Source: a virus
Strand: one strand, 5' to 3'
DNA length: 64,000 nucleotides
IMG/VR virus record: IMGVR_UViG_3300045988_133728
Coordinates: 37,250-101,249 of that record
Positions 59,226 through 64,000 of the stretch are shown piece by piece. The first letter of the stretch is position 1, and each line of letters opens with the position of its first letter. Position numbers and translations under genes: made by a program. Under the pieces are notes generated by a model. The model was not told the origin of the DNA. It did no database searches and worked only from the letters and a program-made list of their open reading frames with translations.

Positions 59226-59676
59226 GCAAAAATTTAAAAACGACCTTCATTACATTTCCAAAGTTCTCCACCTTAACCCACTCGTGAGCTACTGCTCTAA
59301 GTACGGATGTTTCGTATGTCGGAATATCGTCTTCTTCAACCACCTTACAAGAAGCCAGAACTCCTTCAGTCGGCTTTAGTCCGAGGTCATGCAGCTCGCA
59401 GAGACCGCCCGGCTGGCGGAATGCGCACCACCCGTCTTTCTCTGTTGGCTGGATCATCGCTATTGGTTTTTCTTTCACTGCAAGATACCCTACCATCCAC
59501 ATTGTTTCTTTTAACCTGTCAGCGTATCCGGCATCTATGATAGCCTCTATGTCTTTTGGCGTACCAATACAAGGAACTTTACACATGTTTTTACATTTAT
59601 CACATGTACAAGGTTGCTCCCATCTGTTATGATCTATGCCTACCAACTTCTTTATCCGTTCTACTTCTTCTTTCAT
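59203..59676 (-). CDS. Cys-rich protein (possible metal-chelating CxxC-type)
   Basis: CTCDKCKNMCKVPC followed by further Cys residues. Confidence 0.45.
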   Translation of the reverse strand: MKEEVERIKKLVGIDHNRWEQPCTCDKCKNMCKVPCIGTPKDIEAIIDAGYADRLKETMWMVGYLAVKEKPIAMIQPTEKDGWCAFRQPGGLCELHDLGLKPTEGVLASCKVVEEDDIPTYETSVLRAVAHEWVKVENFGNVMKVVFKFLHENERRK

Positions 59677-59677
59677 A

Positions 59678-59959
59678 TTATACTATCTCTGTTAGTTTTT
59701 CATAATACAACTTCATTTCCGGTGAAGCATATTCCATGAATGCTTCGAATAAGTAGGGTACCTCTATTATCATATTCACATTACAACCTTCTGCCTGTGA
59801 AAGAGATTCAAGATCATTGCTGTATGAACACGTTACATGAGCTCCTACATTAAACACATGTAAATCTAATCTTACATATTCCATACATAAATCTAACGCT
59901 TTAAACAAGTTTTCTACCTCAATCTCCTGAAATAGGTCTATAAACATCCTTAAATCCAT
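59678..59959 (-). CDS. hypothetical protein
   Basis: ORF of 93 aa. Confidence 0.4.
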   Translation of the reverse strand: MDLRMFIDLFQEIEVENLFKALDLCMEYVRLDLHVFNVGAHVTCSYSNDLESLSQAEGCNVNMIIEVPYLFEAFMEYASPEMKLYYEKLTEIV

Positions 59960-60342
59960 TATTTTACTACCCTTTCTATGTGTTTAATTAATACTACTGC
60001 CATCCCCTTACCTGTTTTTATCGCACATTCCGATCCTTTTATCCATTCTACACACCCTACATACTTTTCCGTAACATGAAATCCGGGATTGTATTTTCCA
60101 GATGTACTGAACTCTACCGTATCCCCGACCTTCAGATCATCAAAAGCGACAGACCATGTGGTCCAAATTCTATCATGTCTCCCAGGCTGAATAGCTCCGA
60201 TTACGCCTTTTTTACGACCGTTTTTTATCGCCCTTAGTATTATCTTCCTATCACCTTCGATAAGGCTGCAAAAGCGCCCGTAAAAGGTCAAATCAACCTG
60301 TTTTCCTCCTATTTCTTCTCTTATTTTTGTTATTCTGTTCAT
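59959..60342 (-). CDS. hypothetical protein
   Basis: ORF of 127 aa. Confidence 0.45.
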   Translation of the reverse strand: MNRITKIREEIGGKQVDLTFYGRFCSLIEGDRKIILRAIKNGRKKGVIGAIQPGRHDRIWTTWSVAFDDLKVGDTVEFSTSGKYNPGFHVTEKYVGCVEWIKGSECAIKTGKGMAVVLIKHIERVVK

Positions 60343-60586
60343 TTTCTGATTTTGTTTTATTTTTTTCTTTGTTTTTTCTATCTTCTATAGAAGATGATAA
60401 TAACATTATCTTTTCTATGTTACTTTTTGACTGTAAAAAAGAATCGCATTTCATTACTACTACCACCTTCTTAAGTTCCCCATTATCATACAGCGATACA
60501 CGCATCATGTTTTGCGCCTCGTCCACTATCAGACCTGGAGTAGTCTTAGCCATTTTGCGTAGCTTATTATACTCCGGTCTTTCCAT
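60293..60586 (-). CDS. small protein with a basic Lys/Asn/Arg-rich tail
   Basis: C-terminus KNKEKNKTKSENEQNNKNKRRNRRKTG. It overlaps the previous gene, so it could be spurious. Confidence 0.3.
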   Translation of the reverse strand: MERPEYNKLRKMAKTTPGLIVDEAQNMMRVSLYDNGELKKVVVVMKCDSFLQSKSNIEKIMLLSSSIEDRKNKEKNKTKSENEQNNKNKRRNRRKTG

Positions 60587-60816
60587 TTCCTCTGTTTATT
60601 ACTCTATAGTATTTATCCTTGTCCCCTTCTTTCAACTTCTCCAGATAGAAAATTCCATCATGTAAATGAGACAAACAAAACCTGTATCCGTATTTCTGTA
60701 CTCTTCTTACATGATCCCGCAGTCTTATCTCTTCACTTTTGTCTTGTACTTTGATCTTAATACTGTCTCCTTCTTTGATTGTGTATAAAATAGTTTGAAT
60801 CTCTTCTTTTTTCATC
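60567..60816 (-). CDS. hypothetical protein (ATG start at 60816; the tool ORF used an upstream GTG)
   Basis: Begins MKKEEIQTIL. Confidence 0.4.
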
Positions 60817-60878
60817 TTATAAAATATTTTAACGGCAGCACCTATACTCACGCACCACTACTGCCTTATGTTTAACAA

Positions 60879-61688
60879 TTAAATACTTAACTCTTCAATG
60901 GTCAAGCCTTTTTCTTTTGCCCATTTTAACATTGCGCATAATTCTGTTTCTGACTTATATTTCGGATCACGCCACGCCCATCCGAATTTATCCAGGACAT
61001 GATGATATAATTCGTCGGCCTTTGCCGTGTAAATGTCTTTGAATAAATGCTCTGAACCTTCCGGTATAAGCATCTCTGTTGTTGCAAAATCAGAATATGA
61101 TAAACATTCGTAAGCATGTACTGTTATTTCACTCCACGCTTCTCCGGCTTTAAATCCAAATTCTTTTACAAAAGCCAAAGTTAGATACATATTTAATAAT
61201 ATTGTTACATCATATCCAGAATCCGACTTTCTTTCTATTATTTCCTTTTCAAATTCCTTTAAATCTTCAGGCCCTAAAAAGATGTATCCTGATACCGACC
61301 TATAATTAGCCTCCGCATACTTCTTGCATTTATCATCATTGATAATCTTACCAATGTTAGATGACATCTTTTGCCTCCATTCATCACAAAACTCTACCTC
61401 TACGTTCATCCAATCAGTATCATAATTATATTCTCTCGGATGTCCGACCGATGTTACCTTTATGTTATTCACGCCATATCCGTAAAGGCGTTCACTTACC
61501 TCATTCGCCCATTCCTGTACAAAAGGAATAAACTTATTGCAATAAGAATCAAAATCAAAATCCGATTCTTCCTCATATTCCGGCATCTCTTCATAATCCT
61601 GTTCAAAGAAATATCGAGGATCTGCTATTGTTTCGTAGAAACTTACGTTAATGAAACAAAACTCGTTAGTTGTCGTTTTTAATATCAT
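60879..61688 (-). CDS. hypothetical protein
   Basis: ORF of 269 aa. Confidence 0.55.
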   Translation of the reverse strand: MILKTTTNEFCFINVSFYETIADPRYFFEQDYEEMPEYEEESDFDFDSYCNKFIPFVQEWANEVSERLYGYGVNNIKVTSVGHPREYNYDTDWMNVEVEFCDEWRQKMSSNIGKIINDDKCKKYAEANYRSVSGYIFLGPEDLKEFEKEIIERKSDSGYDVTILLNMYLTLAFVKEFGFKAGEAWSEITVHAYECLSYSDFATTEMLIPEGSEHLFKDIYTAKADELYHHVLDKFGWAWRDPKYKSETELCAMLKWAKEKGLTIEELSI

Positions 61689-61939
61689 AACTTTTTGTAT
61701 TTACGTACATTTTTCTTGCCATAGAATCTACACATGGCACGAATCTGACTATAAAATACTTTTGTCCTCCTGGCCTCAAAGTATTTAAACATTTCTTCAT
61801 TCTTTGTTTCCCAAACGTAATCCGTTTGGGAACTCATGCGATCTTTCTCCTTGCGTGAATAATGGTAATATGATACCACAACTCGTTTCGCACCATTCCT
61901 TACAGGTACGATATTCACATCTATGTTATTATCTGTCAT
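61685..61939 (-). CDS. hypothetical protein
   Basis: ORF of 84 aa, overlapping by 4 nt. Confidence 0.45.
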   Translation of the reverse strand: MTDNNIDVNIVPVRNGAKRVVVSYYHYSRKEKDRMSSQTDYVWETKNEEMFKYFEARRTKVFYSQIRAMCRFYGKKNVRKYKKL

Positions 61940-62058
61940 ATTATTATTGTTTTATGTATTATACAAATACAAAGAGCGCATACCTTCACAGGCCGGCGCT
62001 CCTTTCAATAAAAATGAAAAAACTAATATTACATAAACATATTGTTTTCTACTCTTTA

Positions 62059-62292
62059 TTACAATACTTTTGTTCCGCAATTATTATATCTTCCGTACTC
62101 TTTTTTCGTATCATTCAAGATTTCAAAAACCATCTTCTTGTGATCTTCGTTTGGTAACCTATCCTTAACAGCCGATATTACGCCCGCTATAGACGTAAAG
62201 CCTGAATCTGTTATTGAACACAGCAACACGCCTCTGTCGGCTCCGGTGCTTATTGCTGACGCCTTTATAATATCATTCTTATATATTCTCAT
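62059..62292 (-). CDS. hypothetical protein
   Basis: ORF of 77 aa. Its ATG lies about 25 nt downstream of tRNA-like element 1. Confidence 0.45.
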   Translation of the reverse strand: MRIYKNDIIKASAISTGADRGVLLCSITDSGFTSIAGVISAVKDRLPNEDHKKMVFEILNDTKKEYGRYNNCGTKVL

Positions 62293-62312
62293 AACTTTTT
62301 TGTTTTATTGTT

Positions 62313-62420
62313 TGTGAGATGCCCAGAATCGAACCAGGACCGGCACATACGCACCGGCACGCCGCGTCATCCCCTCTATGATGCAGAAATAGGCATGCCT
62401 ATCCTCACGAACCGACATGC
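62313..62420 (-). tRNA. tRNA-like element 1 (possible non-canonical tRNA, or a tRNA 3'-half remnant)
   Basis: In minus-strand sense the sequence reads ...CCTGGTTCGATTCTGGGCATCTCACAAAC. That gives a T-arm (CCTGG/TTCGATT/CTGGG, with two G-U pairs) plus a 7-nt acceptor-like 3' strand. I could not fold a full cloverleaf by eye. Further in, it contains a GGCATG/CATGCC hairpin and the ATAGGCATGCCTAT palindrome. Confidence 0.3.
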
Positions 62421-62467
62421 CAAAACCCAAAACTTAATTTGATGAATAAAATAGATTAACAAAAATA

Positions 62468-62782
62468 CTATTCTAATTCTTTTATAATATCTTTCACAAT
62501 ATTCAGCCTTACCTCCTTCGTTTCTGGACTAATACAACCAAACCACCCATAAAACTTTCTTGTTTCCTCTGGTTCTGTGGCCATACTTATCTTCTCCTCC
62601 AATTCCGGGAAATATATTCTCACCATTTCGTCTGAACGAAACTCATAGACATTTTTATGTGTTTTGAAATACATAAACACTACATTTCTTAACGCAACAC
62701 ATATGTATTCCCCATCCTCTAACCTATCAATCATCTCATATACCTTTTTCCATATGAATAATCGCTCTTCTTTTGTAAACAT
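62468..62782 (-). CDS. hypothetical protein
   Basis: ORF of 104 aa. Confidence 0.45.
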   Translation of the reverse strand: MFTKEERLFIWKKVYEMIDRLEDGEYICVALRNVVFMYFKTHKNVYEFRSDEMVRIYFPELEEKISMATEPEETRKFYGWFGCISPETKEVRLNIVKDIIKELE

Positions 62783-62796
62783 ATCCTTCTTTATTT

Positions 62797-63138
62797 TTAT
62801 GGTATTATTTGACTGTATGCAGACTTTTCCATGTACACAATATTATGCTCCTGTCCAAATATCTTCTTTGCCACCTCTTTCTTTATCGCACAATATCTTC
62901 CTGTACGATACGGATTCTTTTGATCTGATCCATCCTCGACTTCGATAATAAAACAGCCTCCGTCATCTATTATCTTTTTGCAATCGTCACATACTCCGCC
63001 CGTGCATATATGATGCGGCGCCTGACCTTTGATATTATTTCCTAATAAAGCAATGCCCATCTCTGCACCACATATCATGCAGACTTCTATAGACGGATTC
63101 AATCCGTGCTCTGGGTGTAATGTGATACCATCTTTCAT
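62797..63138 (-). CDS. Cys-rich putative zinc-binding protein (start at the ATG at 63138, preceded by the AAGGAGGAAAG ribosome-binding site)
   Basis: MKDGITL... with C..C...HHIC...C..C...C. The upstream part of the tool ORF overlaps the tRNA-like element. Confidence 0.45.
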   Translation of the reverse strand: MKDGITLHPEHGLNPSIEVCMICGAEMGIALLGNNIKGQAPHHICTGGVCDDCKKIIDDGGCFIIEVEDGSDQKNPYRTGRYCAIKKEVAKKIFGQEHNIVYMEKSAYSQIIP

Positions 63139-63165
63139 TTTCTTTCCTCCTTTGTTTTTAATGTT

Positions 63166-63265
63166 GTGTGAGATCGCCGGAATCGAACCGACTTGCTGCA
63201 CCATGAATCCCATAAATCAAATGCTCCGATCTTCGCAGATGGGAGCATTCTGTCTAAAGCATAAG
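63166..63265 (-). tRNA. tRNA-like element 2 (paralog of element 1)
   Basis: In minus-strand sense the sequence reads ...GTCGGTTCGATTCCGGCGATCTCACACAAC. The T-arm GTCGG/TTCGATT/CCGGC is followed by a 7-nt acceptor-like strand. The 5' partner AAGATCG pairs in 6 of 7 positions, but the span is only about 64 nt, too short for a canonical tRNA. Confidence 0.3.
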
Positions 63266-63480
63266 AAAATTAATGAAGAAAATTTTTCTCACTTACGCCA
63301 TAGCATCTAAAATAGCTATCAACACTATTTCTATGACAAGCATAATAGAGAATGTCTTAAATATCTTTTTCATATCTCCTCCTTTTTTATCTGTTCTTTT
63401 CACGTTCCACAATAAACTGTTCCGGATCTGCTCCGACCTACGCTCCACCTACAACCGCAGACCTTAGCCCAAGGCGCCGC

Positions 63481-63741
63481 CTACTCCCCCTCTATGGCAG
63501 CCTGTTCGTACTTACAAATCCAATCTCCATCTATACAACTATCACTACGCGATAATAAACATTTATCCTTATAACAATCATAAAAAATACACCTATCACA
63601 ACTGTAATCCTTAACGTCTACACAGCTAACTACCTTAGCATATACTATTCCATCACTGCCTTCTATTCCTTTTACCCCGAAAATAGAACCTTCTACCTCC
63701 TTACTCAAATCTAAGTCAGGCGCAAAGTCATATACGTTCAT
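63481..63741 (-). CDS. Cys-rich mini-protein (CDRCIF family paralog)
   Basis: VVSCVDVKDYSCDRCIFYDCYKDKC...C..C, paralogous to the 42475-42672 protein. Confidence 0.45.
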   Translation of the reverse strand: MNVYDFAPDLDLSKEVEGSIFGVKGIEGSDGIVYAKVVSCVDVKDYSCDRCIFYDCYKDKCLLSRSDSCIDGDWICKYEQAAIEGE

Positions 63742-63824
63742 GTTGTTTATGTTTTAATTGTTAAACATTCCGATTGAAAAAAAAATACTCACATAATGCA
63801 GTCCTTAACTCTTACCTACAGAAT

Positions 63825-64000
63825 ACTGTTTTAAAAACGCTGTAAGTCTTAATTTTGTTGGAAAATCCTACATTGTGCTGTTTTAAAGCACTGCAATCCT
63901 TAATTTTGTTGGAAGAAACTACAAAATGCTGTTTTAAAGCTCTGATCTATTGAATTTTGTTGGAAGAAACTACAAAATGCTGTTTTAAAGCTCTGATCTA
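63825..64000. repeat. tandem direct repeats, period about 51 bp, at least 3.4 units, truncated by the window end
   Basis: Units start at 63825, 63877, 63928 and 63979. All share CTGTTTTAAAGC...AATTTTGTTGGAAGAAACTACAAAATG, with a variable core of about 12 nt. Confidence 0.7.

Noticed and set aside
62313-63265. Calling the two T-loop-containing elements canonical tRNA genes with an isotype
   Set aside because: A full cloverleaf with D-arm, anticodon arm and paired acceptor could not be folded by eye. Element 2 has only about 64 nt between its best acceptor halves. They are reported as tRNA-like with low confidence.
63825-64000. Possible CRISPR array at the window end
   Set aside because: The variable cores are only about 12 nt and the conserved parts are degenerate between units. 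This is an ordinary tandem repeat or iteron array, not repeat-spacer architecture.
1-64000. Diversity-generating retroelement, integrase/attP or prophage boundary
   Set aside because: No reverse-transcriptase-like ORF, no tyrosine or serine recombinase motifs and no flanking bacterial housekeeping genes were seen. The cassette repeats at 9.4-10.8 kb are explained by homologous recombination rather than mutagenic retrohoming.

Overview
This window is a gene-dense, AT-rich double-stranded DNA segment with the layout of a large tailed-phage genome, probably from a Bacteroidota-type host. That assignment rests on gene content and compact layout only, and no homology search was possible. The family cannot be assigned; it could be Crassvirales-like, but no virion RNA polymerase DxDGD/NADFDGD motif was found in the giant proteins. 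Positions 1-29,958 are transcribed rightward and carry two giant open reading frames (ORFs) of 2219 aa and 2148 aa plus one more large ORF truncated at the window edge. This arm also holds a family of small paralogous genes sharing the 5' end ATGAGAAGRAGATWT (protein start MRRR[FY]), one of which is split by a G8 homopolymer. Other genes here are a Bro-N domain protein, a Gly/Gln/Cys-rich membrane protein, an RG/ER-repeat protein and many small ORFs, several followed by clear rho-independent terminators. A long hairpin at about 29,958-30,004 marks the convergence point. Positions 30,048-63,741 are transcribed leftward as a tightly packed early-type replication and host-takeover cluster. Recognisable genes there include an SF2 DEAD/DEAH helicase, two RecB/Cas4-like PD-(D/E)XK nucleases, a DnaB-like helicase, a zinc-ribbon primase and a small N6A/N4C DNA methyltransferase. 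The cluster also has a stand-alone ABC-type ATPase, a DUF1566-like protein, a dATP/dGTP-diphosphohydrolase-like domain protein, a lipoprotein, several Cys-rich zinc-binding mini-proteins and an unusual flotillin (SPFH)-NfeD-acyl carrier protein trio. Non-coding highlights are two related tRNA-like elements, each just upstream of a leftward gene and sharing a 3' tail ...TTCGATTCYGGSCRATCTCACA. A 51-bp tandem repeat array is cut by the window end at 63,825-64,000, and a 21-bp motif is repeated at 14,745 and 60,863. A tandem cassette array around 9,411-10,771 has each alternative small gene bounded by the same left and right homology arms.
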